From contig JAUQPB010000001.1 of NCBI GenBank assembly GCA_030550585.1, forward strand, positions 674,525 through 738,524: a stretch of DNA of 64,000 nt, given 5' to 3'. The stretch is from Thermoproteota archaeon. GTDB taxonomy: Archaea; Thermoproteota; Thermoprotei_A; Sulfolobales; Ignisphaeraceae. Of this stretch, positions 40,276 to 50,200 are shown in pieces (within the stretch, counting starts at the first letter, position 1; every line of letters starts with the position of its first letter). A program made the translations under genes and the position numbers. The notes under the pieces are model-generated. The model saw only the letters and a program-made list of their open reading frames with translations, was not told where the DNA came from and did not search any database.

Positions 40276-41345
40276 GGGTCTTAAGCAAGGTTTTGTGCTG
40301 TCAAGAGACGAAGGCGTTTATAGGGAGGGGGGCGCTGGAGAAGGCTGCTGAGGAGATTCCGGAAAAGGCTAAGATACTTCTCGTCAGACAAGATGTTTTA
40401 GAGCCCTCACCCATTCTAAAGGTTTTTAGGAACATTGTTGACGAAGTTGTCTTGAAAGGCGGTGAAGAGGCTAAGGATATAGAGGTTGTATTGAAGATTG
40501 TAGAGAGAATGCATGAAGCAGGCATTCAAAGAAGTGACTATGTAGTGGCCTTTGGGGGTGGGACACTAACAGATGTAACAGGATTTGCGGCATCCATATA
40601 TCTTAGAGGCGTCAACTTTGTTGCCATACCAACGACCCTTCTCGGCATGGTAGACGCCGCTGTAGGCGGGAAGAATGCTGTAAACTTTAAAAATGTGAAG
40701 AATGTTCTTGGCACATTCTACCAGCCTAGAATCATAGTAGCCGACACAAGGTTTCTTGATACACTTCCACAGCAGGAGTATGTAAACGGCTTAGCTGAGG
40801 TAATAAAATATGGGCTCGCCTTAGACAAAGAATTGTATGAATTTCTCAGGGGCAATAGTGAAAAGATTCTTAGCAGAGATGAGGAGGCGCTTGAAAGAGT
40901 TGTTGAGAGGTCTATAGCTGATAAACTGTTTGTGGTGGAACAGGATGTTTTTGATGTTAAGGGCATTAGAATTGTGTTGAACTTTGGGCATACTGTAGGC
41001 CATTTAATAGAGTCTCTATCAGGCTTTTCTATAAGCCATGGAAAAGCTGTGGCAGTTGGCATGGCCTACGAATCTCTGGTTTCAGCTTTGATGGGCCTCT
41101 CAAGCTATGATGTGCATAGAGAAATAGTTGAAATGCTCAAGATGTATGGTCTGCCAGCAAGTCTTAGAGACCTTGGCATCGAGCTACCTAGAGACCCGAG
41201 TACTCTGAAAAGCGTTGTGGCTAGAGATAAGAAGGCTGGTTGGAGAGGTCTAACAATACCAATTGTAACAGAAGTTGGTAGGTGGAGGTCTGTGACAGTA
41301 GATGTGGATAGCTATGTAGAGGCTCTGGTAAAATGTTTTGGATAG
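40272..41345 (+). CDS. aroB: 3-dehydroquinate synthase
   Basis: GGGTLTDVTGFAAS nucleotide-binding motif and the NFGHTVGH metal site. Confidence 0.9.
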   Translation: MRVLSKVLCCQETKAFIGRGALEKAAEEIPEKAKILLVRQDVLEPSPILKVFRNIVDEVVLKGGEEAKDIEVVLKIVERMHEAGIQRSDYVVAFGGGTLTDVTGFAASIYLRGVNFVAIPTTLLGMVDAAVGGKNAVNFKNVKNVLGTFYQPRIIVADTRFLDTLPQQEYVNGLAEVIKYGLALDKELYEFLRGNSEKILSRDEEALERVVERSIADKLFVVEQDVFDVKGIRIVLNFGHTVGHLIESLSGFSISHGKAVAVGMAYESLVSALMGLSSYDVHREIVEMLKMYGLPASLRDLGIELPRDPSTLKSVVARDKKAGWRGLTIPIVTEVGRWRSVTVDVDSYVEALVKCFG

Positions 41346-42136
41346 ACTCTTCAACAAAAATATTCGGTATCTTGGGAAGGAACATAGGCTATACACTCTC
41401 CCCAGCTATACACAACTACATCTTTAGAGAGGTTGGCTACAACGCTGTTTATCTCGTTTTTGATGTTGCTGAAGAGAAGTTCGATTATGTTGCCAGGGCC
41501 CTTATAGACATTTGCGAGGGGCTCAATGTGACGATACCGTATAAAGAAAGGATTATGCAGTATCTAACCTCGTTCGACGCTTCTGCAGAGAGGGTTGGCG
41601 CTGTCAATACTGTGTATAGAGGTAGGGGCTATAACACAGACTACATAGCATTGAAAAAGCTTGTCGAGCCTCATAGGGAGCTTCTCAAGAATGGGGTTTG
41701 CTATGTTTTTGGGGCTGGGGGAGCAGCTAAAGCTGTTGTATTGGCACTGGGAGAAAGGGGCTGTAGGATAAGGATTGTCAACAGATCTAGTGATAGAGCA
41801 GAGAGACTGGTTAAGGAGCTTAGAAAATATGTTGATGTGGAGATGTCCAGTGCTTCAGCATGTAGAGAGGCAGCTGTAGTTGTTAACGCTACCCCAAACC
41901 CAGACTTTGTACCGGATAGCTGTTTCCATGGGGGCCTCAAGCTAGCTATAGAGCTTGTCTATAGACCTGTGGAAACATCTGTTGTTAGAAGAGCCAGAGG
42001 CGTGGGGGCAGCTGTGATCAATGGGCTGGAGATACTTGTTGGCCAGGCTCTTGAAGCACAGAGGATATGGCTTGGAATAGACTTTCCAAGCGAAAAGGTT
42101 GTGGCGCATCTCCATGCCAGGAAACTCATTTGGTAA
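41333..42136 (+). CDS. aroE: Shikimate 5-dehydrogenase
   Basis: SPAIHN and LNVTIPYK motifs. [12 protein letters not shown] site. Confidence 0.9.
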   Translation: MFWIDSSTKIFGILGRNIGYTLSPAIHNYIFREVGYNAVYLVFDVAEEKFDYVARALIDICEGLNVTIPYKERIMQYLTSFDASAERVGAVNTVYRGRGYNTDYIALKKLVEPHRELLKNGVCYVFGAGGAAKAVVLALGERGCRIRIVNRSSDRAERLVKELRKYVDVEMSSASACREAAVVVNATPNPDFVPDSCFHGGLKLAIELVYRPVETSVVRRARGVGAAVINGLEILVGQALEAQRIWLGIDFPSEKVVAHLHARKLIW

Positions 42137-43286
42137 AATGTTTAGAATTACAACATTTGGCGAAAGCCACGGGCCGCTAATAGGGGTTGTCGTAGATGGT
42201 GTTCCAGCTGGTCTGCCAATATCAGAAGATGACATAAACTTTGAGCTATCATTTAGAAGACCTGGCTATGCATATACATCGCCGAGAAGGGAACAGGATA
42301 GAGCTAAGATTGTCAGCGGGGTCTTCAACGGCAGAACCACTGGAGCGCCAATAGCAATTGTTGTTGAGAACACAGATGTTGATTCTAGTTACTACGAAAA
42401 GATGAAATACACCCCGAGGCCTGGGCATGCAGATCTTCCATACATATTTCGCTATGGCTTTGAGAACTGGGATTATAGAGGTGGTGGAAGGGCTAGCGGC
42501 AGAGAGACTGTGGCAAGGGTTGCAGCAGGAGCTATAGCCAAAAAGCTTCTCATGTTGCTAGATACGAAAGTGGCTGGCTGTGTAGAGGCTGTTGACGGCA
42601 CTAGAATCAAAGAGGGTATAACATTTGAAGATGTTCTCAAATCTAGATGCAGAAGATTCAGGGCTTGTAAGGAGGAGTATGAAGTGACATTCCAAAAGAT
42701 TTTGGAAGAGGCCATTAAAGAAGGTGATAGTGTGGGGGCGCTAGTTAGAGTGGTTGTAGATGGTGTTCCAAGGGGTCTGGGGGAACCTGTTTTCGATAAA
42801 CTCAAAGCCGATCTAGCCAAAGCAGTCATGTCAATACCTGCTGTTATCGGCTTCGAACTTGGTATAGGGTTTGAAGCCGCCTATAAGAGGGGTAGTGAGG
42901 TGTCTGACGAGCTCATAGTTGTTAACGGCGATATCAGGTGGAGGAACAATTTCTATGGGGGGATAGTAGGCGGTATATCAACTGGGGAGCAGATAGTTTT
43001 TAGATGTGTCTTCAAGCCGACAAGCTCGATCAGAAAACCGATAAAGACAGTCGATATTAGAACACTTGAGGAAAAAACCATTGTTGTTGAGGGAAGACAC
43101 GATCCGTGCATTGGTATTAGAGGTGTTGCTGTTGTAGAGGCCATGACTGCTATAACCCTGGTCGACCACGCTATCAGATCTGGTCTAATACCTTCGACAC
43201 GGCTTAGCCAAAAAGATGTTGATGTTGTTGAGGATAGGTGGAAGAGGTATAGGGAGATATGTCAGCATGGGGAGGGATATCAATAG
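42114..43286 (+). CDS. aroC: Chorismate synthase
   Basis: N-terminal [17 protein letters not shown] signature. The ORF-track start at 42099 is probably too far upstream. Confidence 0.95.
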   Translation: MPGNSFGKMFRITTFGESHGPLIGVVVDGVPAGLPISEDDINFELSFRRPGYAYTSPRREQDRAKIVSGVFNGRTTGAPIAIVVENTDVDSSYYEKMKYTPRPGHADLPYIFRYGFENWDYRGGGRASGRETVARVAAGAIAKKLLMLLDTKVAGCVEAVDGTRIKEGITFEDVLKSRCRRFRACKEEYEVTFQKILEEAIKEGDSVGALVRVVVDGVPRGLGEPVFDKLKADLAKAVMSIPAVIGFELGIGFEAAYKRGSEVSDELIVVNGDIRWRNNFYGGIVGGISTGEQIVFRCVFKPTSSIRKPIKTVDIRTLEEKTIVVEGRHDPCIGIRGVAVVEAMTAITLVDHAIRSGLIPSTRLSQKDVDVVEDRWKRYREICQHGEGYQ

Positions 43287-44056
43287 TTAATGCCATACCC
43301 TCTGGCCTAGGATCGGCAGCGGCCATAGATATGAAGACACGGGTAAAGATTAGATCTTGTGGCGATGCTGCGACAAATACATCGAGACTTGTTGAAACAA
43401 TAATAAACTATTTCACAGCTAGATATGGATTGCCCAAGGTGTGTGTGGAAATAGAATCTGATGTGCCGATGGGAAGCGGTTTAAAGAGTAGTAGCTCGGT
43501 GGCAGTAGCGCTAATAGATGCTCTGAGAAAGCACTTTTCGCTAGAAGAGCTTGATGTTCCTAGACTTGCAGCAGAGCTATCGAGAATAGCGGGAGTGTCT
43601 ATAACGGGCGCCTTAGACGATGCAGCTGCGGCGTACTATGGTGGAATTGTATTCACAGATAATACAAACATGAAGATTCTGAGGGTTGTAGACAACAAAT
43701 CTGAGCTTGCAGCAGTTGTTCTTCTGCCAAAAAATGTTCAAAGACCTCAAATAGATGTTGAGAAACTTAGAAGGTTTTCCCACATATTTGTAGAGGCCTA
43801 CAACATTGCTGTGCAGGGGGAGATACTAAAGGCCATGACCATAAATGGGCTTGCCATAGCCAGGCTTCTAAACTATCCAGAGGATATCCCGAGGAAGGCC
43901 CTCGAACTCGGTGCTCTGGCAGCAGGGGTCTCGGGCAACGGCCCTGCGATCTTCGCTGTTTGTAGGCTTGGCGACGAAGGGCCTGTGTTAGATCTCTTTG
44001 GCAGGTATGGTGAGGTATATATGCATAGATTTGTTAGACTAGGTGAAAAACCTTGA
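43259..44056 (+). CDS. aroK: Shikimate kinase, archaeal GHMP-kinase type
   Basis: GHMP motif [15 protein letters not shown]. Position inside the shikimate operon. Confidence 0.85.
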   Translation: MSAWGGISIVNAIPSGLGSAAAIDMKTRVKIRSCGDAATNTSRLVETIINYFTARYGLPKVCVEIESDVPMGSGLKSSSSVAVALIDALRKHFSLEELDVPRLAAELSRIAGVSITGALDDAAAAYYGGIVFTDNTNMKILRVVDNKSELAAVVLLPKNVQRPQIDVEKLRRFSHIFVEAYNIAVQGEILKAMTINGLAIARLLNYPEDIPRKALELGALAAGVSGNGPAIFAVCRLGDEGPVLDLFGRYGEVYMHRFVRLGEKP

Positions 44057-45288
44057 GGGCTGTGATAAGAAAGTCTATCATACGTGGAAAAGTCTCTGCA
44101 CCACCATCGAAAAACTATGCAATTAGACTAGTATTCTCATCGCTATTCACAGACATTGCTCTTGACAACCTTATGCTATCTGACGATGTTGCAGACGCAT
44201 TAGATGCTATATCTGTTTTTGGTGTTAGATTCGATGGGAGGAGATTCATAAGGCCAGAGAGAATTGCTCTGCACAGTGATAGGATATATTTAAGGGGTTC
44301 TGCAACTGTTTTAAGAATGCTGATACCGATTGCAGCTGTTGTTGGTGGTAAAATCTATATAGATGGCGGTGAGTCGCTTAGGAGGAGGCCCATCAAGGCT
44401 GTGGTAGAAGCTTTGTCTAGCAGGGGGGTCGCGTTTTCAAATAATTCTCTGCCTACTGTAATTGAGGGGAGGCTTAGAGATACGTACATAGAGATTTCTG
44501 GTCATGAGAGTAGCCAATACATAAGCGGGTTTATGATAGCATTTGCTATGGTGGGCGGCGGGACAATAAAGATTATCCCGCCTTTGGCTTCAAGGAGATA
44601 CGTAGAGCTGACGGCAGAGGTTCTAACTGTCTTGGGGGTGGATGTCAAGATGTATGAAAATAGAATAGATGTTAATGTTGCTGAGAAGCTGAGGGGGTAC
44701 ACAGGTAGTGTGCCAGGCGACTACCTGTTAGCATCATTCTATGTATCCTCAGCCCTTTTGACAGGAGGTGAAATAGTTGTTGGCAACCTAGCTAATCTGG
44801 CTGGCGATGCAAAGCCCCATAGGGTGGTTGATGCATATAGAGAGATGGGTGGATATAGCCTGTACAGCAATGGGGTTTGGCATGCAAAAGCATCTGACGA
44901 CTATTCGGGTATAAGAATCAATGTTTTCGATGACCCGGACCTAGCAGTGTCTATAGCGCCTCTAGCGGCTGTGGCAAGGGGTGAGACTGTTATCGAGGGT
45001 ATAGAGAATTTGAGGATAAAGGAAAGCGATAGAGTCGAAACTATAGTGTCGACGCTTAGAGCCTTTGGCGTGGATGCGTATACAAGGGGCAACGCCATTC
45101 ATATAATTGGTGGGGAGCCTCGCGAGACAAGCATCTATTGTCCTGACGACCACAGAATCGCCATGATGTTTGCAGCAATAGCCCTTAGGGCTGGGGGCTC
45201 CATAGACAAGGCTGAGTGTGTCAATAAAAGCAATCCGGGCTTCTGGAGAGACTTAATATCGTTGGGTGGAAATATAGATGTGTTCTAG
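44053..45288 (+). CDS. aroA: 5-enolpyruvylshikimate-3-phosphate synthase
   Basis: LRIKESDR and DDHRIAMMFA motifs. 411 aa. Confidence 0.9.
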   Translation: MRAVIRKSIIRGKVSAPPSKNYAIRLVFSSLFTDIALDNLMLSDDVADALDAISVFGVRFDGRRFIRPERIALHSDRIYLRGSATVLRMLIPIAAVVGGKIYIDGGESLRRRPIKAVVEALSSRGVAFSNNSLPTVIEGRLRDTYIEISGHESSQYISGFMIAFAMVGGGTIKIIPPLASRRYVELTAEVLTVLGVDVKMYENRIDVNVAEKLRGYTGSVPGDYLLASFYVSSALLTGGEIVVGNLANLAGDAKPHRVVDAYREMGGYSLYSNGVWHAKASDDYSGIRINVFDDPDLAVSIAPLAAVARGETVIEGIENLRIKESDRVETIVSTLRAFGVDAYTRGNAIHIIGGEPRETSIYCPDDHRIAMMFAAIALRAGGSIDKAECVNKSNPGFWRDLISLGGNIDVF

Positions 45289-45931
45289 CAGGGTAGGTGC
45301 ATCAACTAGACGCCCACTTGTTGTAGCATCTATTCCCATAAAAAGCCTAGAGGATCTCGAGACAGCTCTCTCAATCAGCGATGCAGACTATGTCGAGATT
45401 AGGCTAGACTACTTCGATAACCCTAGCAGTATAGACTACACCGTGTTCAGGGGTAGGAATGTCATAGCAACTCTCAGGGAGTACAGTGAGGGGGGTGCAA
45501 AAATATTTGATCCAGAGTTGAAGAAGAGGTTGATAAGGCTTTGGAGAGAACTTGGCATACTATACGATGTTGAAATAAGCTTTGTGGAGAGACATGGCAT
45601 CGAATATGAAGACGCTATTGTGTCTATCCATCTATTTGATAAACCGAGGTCGCTTCTCGAAATAAAAAACAGTGTAAAAAAGTATGTTGACAAGGCATTT
45701 GCTGTAAAGATAGCTACAACACCTTTCAAAGGCTATAAAAAGTTCTTGGCCAGCCTACTTGAGTTAGGCGACAACATAGCTGTTATGCCCATGTCAACAG
45801 ACCCTGTAGAGAGAATAGCTTTCGCATTACTAGGCTCAAAACTTGTCTACGGCTATGTGACAGAACCTACAGCCAAGGGTCAGATGCATTACAGAAAAAT
45901 CCTAGAGATAATCAAAACTCTGTTTACATAG
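45278..45931 (+). CDS. aroD: 3-dehydroquinate dehydratase, type I
   Basis: Type I layout with ADYVEIRLD and the Schiff-base Lys region (AFAVKIATTP). Last gene of the operon. Confidence 0.85.
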   Translation: MCSSRVGASTRRPLVVASIPIKSLEDLETALSISDADYVEIRLDYFDNPSSIDYTVFRGRNVIATLREYSEGGAKIFDPELKKRLIRLWRELGILYDVEISFVERHGIEYEDAIVSIHLFDKPRSLLEIKNSVKKYVDKAFAVKIATTPFKGYKKFLASLLELGDNIAVMPMSTDPVERIAFALLGSKLVYGYVTEPTAKGQMHYRKILEIIKTLFT

Positions 45932-45934
45932 TCG

Positions 45935-46125
45935 TTACCCACAGCACCAACCACATACGCTTCAACACCTAGACGAGCACACCCAACAGCCCGATTCGCC
46001 TCCTGCCCCAGATAAACAGCGTAGCCATCGCCAACAACAGTTTCATCTAGCCGCAGAAACCTCTTCACCTTAACATAGAAACCAGCGTGTATACTGCCGA
46101 CAACAGCTAGCCCCTGCTCCTGCAA
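45935..46125 (-). pseudogene. PfkB/ribokinase-family kinase, decayed N-terminal ~60-codon fragment
   Basis: LAVVGSIHAGFYVKVKRFLRLDETVVGDGYAVYLGQEANRAVGCARLGVEAYVVGAVGNDY follows the ribokinase N-terminal pattern. The GGKGAN anion-hole motif is degraded to GQEAN, and the ORF runs into the antisense of the aroD stop. Confidence 0.6.
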
Positions 46126-46211
46126 TAGCTACAGTTTTCTAGTCCACTAAAACATAAAGCAGATGTCTTGCAATCCAGTTAAACTGTTTTTTTATGGAGA
46201 AGATAATTCTT

Positions 46212-46250
46212 TGGCGTGGCGACCGGGATTTGAACCCGGTTAGAACTGCT
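46212..46250 (-). other. Orphan tRNA 3' half (T arm, acceptor 3' strand, discriminator, encoded CCA); att remnant or split-tRNA half
   Basis: Minus strand reads ...GCAGU UCUAA CCGGG UUCAAAU CCCGG UCGCCAC G CCA. No matching 5' acceptor strand (GUGGCGA) lies within 300 nt upstream. Confidence 0.7.
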
Positions 46251-46534
46251 ATACAATCAAAGTTCCTAGGATGTATGAGATCTTTACAAGAGCAAGCAAT
46301 AAGGTTTTCTCAAAAGTTAAATGCTTTATTGTAGTCTACGACCCTAAGTGAGAATTTCTAGTTCATGCAAAGTTTTGTAATTTATCATGTCTTCTTAGAG
46401 AGAATGGTCTACCGTGGGAAAGAGCTAATGAAGAAAGACACTATGCCTCCTAGATCTAAAGAGGCGGATCTAAATGAATATAGGAGGTGTAGAGATGCTT
46501 AATCTATGGGATGACATGTCAAGGTCTCTCCAAA

Positions 46535-46771
46535 CTATTTAGCCCTCTTCTTTTTCTCAAACCTTTGTACTATTGGCATTACAATAGACATAAACGCTGC
46601 CCACACAAGGGCTTGAAGTATTGAGTAGTTGAGTGGCTGTGGCTCTATATACCTCACATAGTGTGGGAGAATACTTAATACTAGCACATAAACAGGAATT
46701 GCCACAATAAGACCGCTAATAAACCACAAAACACATAATTTGATATATAATTTTAATTGAAAAAGCTTCAC
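46535..46771 (-). CDS. Small membrane protein (78 aa, 2 TM)
   Basis: Two hydrophobic helices and a basic C-terminus. Starts 1 nt after the stop of the upstream ABC ATPase ORF. Confidence 0.4.
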   Translation of the reverse strand: MKLFQLKLYIKLCVLWFISGLIVAIPVYVLVLSILPHYVRYIEPQPLNYSILQALVWAAFMSIVMPIVQRFEKKKRAK

Positions 46772-46772
46772 C

Positions 46773-47429
46773 TTACCACCTCAGCCAAGCGGGTAGCTTA
46801 GCGAATATCCTAAGACCACCAAGCCAACCACCAATTTTAGCGAGTAGAGGACCAGTAGCGGCGCCTATTGCAACATCTCTATCGTATTTTTTAATCAGGT
46901 CTCTAACATATATGCTTTTCTCAACGTCTAGTCCGGTTGTTGGCTCGTCTAGTATTAGGAGTTTTGGTTTGGAGGCTAGAACAGTTGCGACGGCGAGTAT
47001 TCTTTTCATGCCCTTGCTATATGTTCTAATAGGCTTTTTCAAAGTGTTTCCGAGATCGCATATTTTGGCAGCTTCTTCAACAGCTTCTTCAAGCTTTGTA
47101 CCACCAAACCTCAGAGAAAGCATAAACTTTATGAAGTCATAGCCAGTCAAATCTCTGTATGCACCAGCCTCTTCAGGCAGGTAGTTGATCATAGACCTAA
47201 CACGAAGAGGCTCTTTAACAACGTCAACACCATAGACATAGACACTACCTCTAGTAGGCTTAATCAAAGTAGCTATAATCCTAAGAGTAGTTGTCTTACC
47301 ACTCCCATTAGGCCCAACCAAAGCATATATCTCACCATCGCCAACAGTAAAAGAAAGGCCATCAACACCTACAGACCCCCTACCATAGACCTTAACAAGA
47401 TCCCTAACAACAACAGCAGACACAACCAC
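46773..47429 (-). CDS. ABC-2/DrrA-type ABC ATPase, C-terminally degenerate (no H-loop)
   Basis: Walker A GPNGSGKTT, signature YSKGMKRIL, Walker B LLILDEPTTGLD. The last ~50 residues contain no His and end in a Trp/Gly/Leu-rich tail. Confidence 0.75.
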   Translation of the reverse strand: MVVSAVVVRDLVKVYGRGSVGVDGLSFTVGDGEIYALVGPNGSGKTTTLRIIATLIKPTRGSVYVYGVDVVKEPLRVRSMINYLPEEAGAYRDLTGYDFIKFMLSLRFGGTKLEEAVEEAAKICDLGNTLKKPIRTYSKGMKRILAVATVLASKPKLLILDEPTTGLDVEKSIYVRDLIKKYDRDVAIGAATGPLLAKIGGWLGGLRIFAKLPAWLRW

Positions 47430-47524
47430 CCAAACAAAAGGCCGTCAAAACCCAGATAAACGGTTACAAAACACCAAACAACTGCCTAAACATCCCAAAA
47501 CACAGATAGGCCAAATACATAACA

Positions 47525-47965
47525 TTAGCTAACACAATACTTTCTAGCCAACAATGTGAGGATGGCAATGATGGCCAGAAGAAGTGCAAATACGTAGACC
47601 AGGAAGACAATGATAGCAAAACTGATATCTGTATTGAGTAGTCTCTCTAAAACTAGTTTCGCATACCATGCAAATTCAGGCGATAGTACGCCTGTAATAG
47701 GCACAACTAGTGTATATAGTTTGAAGCTGATCCTCATCACTCCAAGCCCACAAAATAATATAAATGTATATGCCATTGCTAGGGACATTAATAAAAGCAC
47801 TGCAAACGCCACCCAATACCCAAAAGCCTTTATCAAAAGCAATGAAAACCAGGGAAGGGAAAACCCAACAGCCACAACTATTGCACCATCAATAAACAAA
47901 AGTAGGAGCACAATCTTCAAAGACAGCTCTTTCCCCGAAACCTGCTGCACCATACAATACATCAC
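47525..47965 (-). CDS. Polytopic membrane protein (146 aa, ~4 TM)
   Basis: Hydrophobic helices throughout. Same strand as the neighbouring cassette genes. Confidence 0.5.
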   Translation of the reverse strand: MMYCMVQQVSGKELSLKIVLLLLFIDGAIVVAVGFSLPWFSLLLIKAFGYWVAFAVLLLMSLAMAYTFILFCGLGVMRISFKLYTLVVPITGVLSPEFAWYAKLVLERLLNTDISFAIIVFLVYVFALLLAIIAILTLLARKYCVS

Positions 47966-48161
47966 CTAAATATTGAATATTAATAAAAAATTATTAAGTT
48001 CTTATCTCTGTCCCCTAGCCAAAGGACATTGCTTTTACATACAAACCACTTGTTCTACCATGATTCACTGTATATATTGTCTATATTGTATTGTGCCACG
48101 ACGCAAAAACCAAGATATTTATTTTTCGCTGGTTTGCTAACAAGAAATGTGATAGGTGTGG

Positions 48162-48644
48162 CTATGGGATGTTTTTGCGGTTTTGGCACACCGACAACTT
48201 TTTGAATATAAACACGAAGATCGTGTTCATCAGTATAAGAAAGGCGAGGAAGGGGGCCATAACAGTAAATGATTTGACAATGTCTTCAGCAAGGTCTTTG
48301 ACGTCTGTGAGCTCCTCTAAGCTAAATGTAACGCCATTCACAGCCACAACTGCTAATGCAAGAATGAGATACTCCACAAAATTACTTATTTCGAGTGTGA
48401 AAGGTTGACAAAATGCTGAAACTGCTACCAACAATGCAAGTACATACATCAATGACATGGCCAGGAACAGCATTATCAAAAACGTTGGCCAAGAACCCAA
48501 AGAATCGATAAGTAAATAGATAAACACCCTTGAAAATAAGACAATTGCTATAAACAATGCAGCGGCGATCAACACAACACCAAGCAACTTAATCTCTTTA
48601 TTTTTAAGAGGTTGCCGAGCCATAAACAACACCAAAAAAGTCAA
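48162..48644 (-). CDS. Polytopic membrane protein (160 aa, ~4-5 TM)
   Basis: Hydrophobic helices throughout. The antisense ORF 48091-48408 is judged a shadow. Confidence 0.5.
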   Translation of the reverse strand: MTFLVLFMARQPLKNKEIKLLGVVLIAAALFIAIVLFSRVFIYLLIDSLGSWPTFLIMLFLAMSLMYVLALLVAVSAFCQPFTLEISNFVEYLILALAVVAVNGVTFSLEELTDVKDLAEDIVKSFTVMAPFLAFLILMNTIFVFIFKKLSVCQNRKNIP

Positions 48645-48659
48645 TTAAAAATAAAATTT

Positions 48660-49337
48660 TTAAGTTTTTGTTGTTTTGTTTTTGAACCAGTAGTTTGCTA
48701 GTGTGAAGACATAGCTATATCCGCTTCCATCTGGTGTTAGTTCGCCGATTGTAGTAACATATATTCTGTGGGTGGTGCTAACATTTCTGGTTAGCCCTAT
48801 CAGGATGTAGTTGGCTATACTGTCGCTATAGTTTGCCTTCACCTCTCTCCAGTACATGACTGTGTTGCTGTCAATGCTCTTGTTGTATACTGGGCCTAGC
48901 CACAGACTCCAGCTGCTATCGTTAGACATGTATTCGAGTCCCATGAACAGACTGTTGTTGACATATATGTATATGCCTGTACTGTTAGAGACTGTAGAGA
49001 CGTTTAGCTGCCCAGATCTAATCTCGTTTCTTATGTCAATAGCGATCTTAGTTAGATTCAGCACCAAGTTGCTGTCTAGATAGGGCTGGTTGACGAGAGC
49101 CATAGAGCCGTTTCTATAGATGTATAGTGTGTGGAAAAGCTCATACCTCTCAACCTGGTCTAGAGGCATGTTGCTCAAAGCCATAGCCAAAATCGATAAC
49201 ATTATAAGCTTGAATTCGTCAGACCCATCGTCAGCTCTAACAACTCTGAAGACAGCTGACACTGGAGCTAGGCTATAGATTGTTATGGCTACTGCAACCA
49301 CTATTGCTATTGATTTGAACAACAGATTTCTACTCAT
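48660..49337 (-). CDS. Signal-anchored extracellular glycoprotein (about 225 aa)
   Basis: Preferred start MSRNLLFKSIAIVVAVAITIYSL (signal/anchor). Beta-rich, with many NxS/T sequons (NLT, NVS, NST, NNS, NDS, NKS, NYS, NKT). Confidence 0.5.
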   Translation of the reverse strand: MSRNLLFKSIAIVVAVAITIYSLAPVSAVFRVVRADDGSDEFKLIMLSILAMALSNMPLDQVERYELFHTLYIYRNGSMALVNQPYLDSNLVLNLTKIAIDIRNEIRSGQLNVSTVSNSTGIYIYVNNSLFMGLEYMSNDSSWSLWLGPVYNKSIDSNTVMYWREVKANYSDSIANYILIGLTRNVSTTHRIYVTTIGELTPDGSGYSYVFTLANYWFKNKTTKT

Positions 49338-50192
49338 TTGAAACACCAAAGAGTGGTAGGAGTATCCTCGATATATATATCGCTCAAAAAAGAGTTGAAA
49401 CAAACACGAAAAACAATTGAACAACACAAAACATAAACATATAAAGAGTATTACTGCGAGATAATATGGCGCTAGAATAGATATGTTAGCTGCATCGAAT
49501 CTTTGTACATAGCACTAGCTATAATTATGTATTTACATTGGCGAGTCATCGGCAGGTGTTTGCAATTTGTGCATACCTAGGCTACGTTAAAACAGGTGGA
49601 AGTGGAGGATATATATCAACAGCATACCACGGATAGCCAAAGCATTATTCTTTTTACTTTGATCGGTGCACCAACCTTTTTTTAAGTTTTTAGCCAGCTT
49701 AGCTATTCGCGCCTTAGCTTCCCCACCCTTACTGCTTGTACGCATCATATGTTTAATTAAATTAAATCTTTTGGAATTTACTAAGGCCTTGAAGAATCTA
49801 AGAAAACTCCTTTAGAGTACATGTTGATAATGCATATTACTTCTATTAGCCATAGGCCTAGCCTATGCTTCGACATTCAATGTGTTGATAAGGATGTCAG
49901 GCAACATATTAGGTTAACGACCTAGCTGCAAAAGAGCCAAAACAGTACTTAGGGTCTTCTAGAGCTGTCTCAGCCACCACCATCCATAATCCTTTGACAG
50001 CTGCTTTCCTTGAGATTCTGTGTGTTCCTGGTGGCCGGGGTCTACTCACCTTCTAGACCTTTTGAAGTTGGATAGTCTGAGAGAAGTCGATATGGGTACC
50101 CCCACGCAGTGTCCACAGGAAAAATTAAGAGTCTTTGTGTAGTCGCAACGCATTAATGGGAGCCATCTACATGTTTGATGGATAAGCAAAAC

Positions 50193-50200
50193 TTATATAG
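50193..50200 (+). promoter_or_regulatory. TATA box (TTATATAG) of the trp operon
   Basis: About 47 nt upstream of the trpB ATG (50247). A GAGGGG Shine-Dalgarno-like element sits at 50227-50232. Confidence 0.5.

Noticed and set aside
47430-47524. Strongly A/C-rich (G/T-poor) spacers on the plus strand, here and at 57641-57723 and 49380-49445.
   Set aside because: This is a compositional oddity without repeats or alignable similarity between the copies. It is probably ordinary intergenic bias.
49970-50110. A GC-rich structured patch considered as SRP (7S) RNA or RNase P RNA.
   Set aside because: I could not find the conserved helix-8 GNAR/AGCA-type features in the right arrangement, the UGUAA Alu-domain motif, or the RNase P CR-I/CR-V motifs. 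Only a 7-bp stem is solid. It is kept only as part of the ORF-free-region finding.
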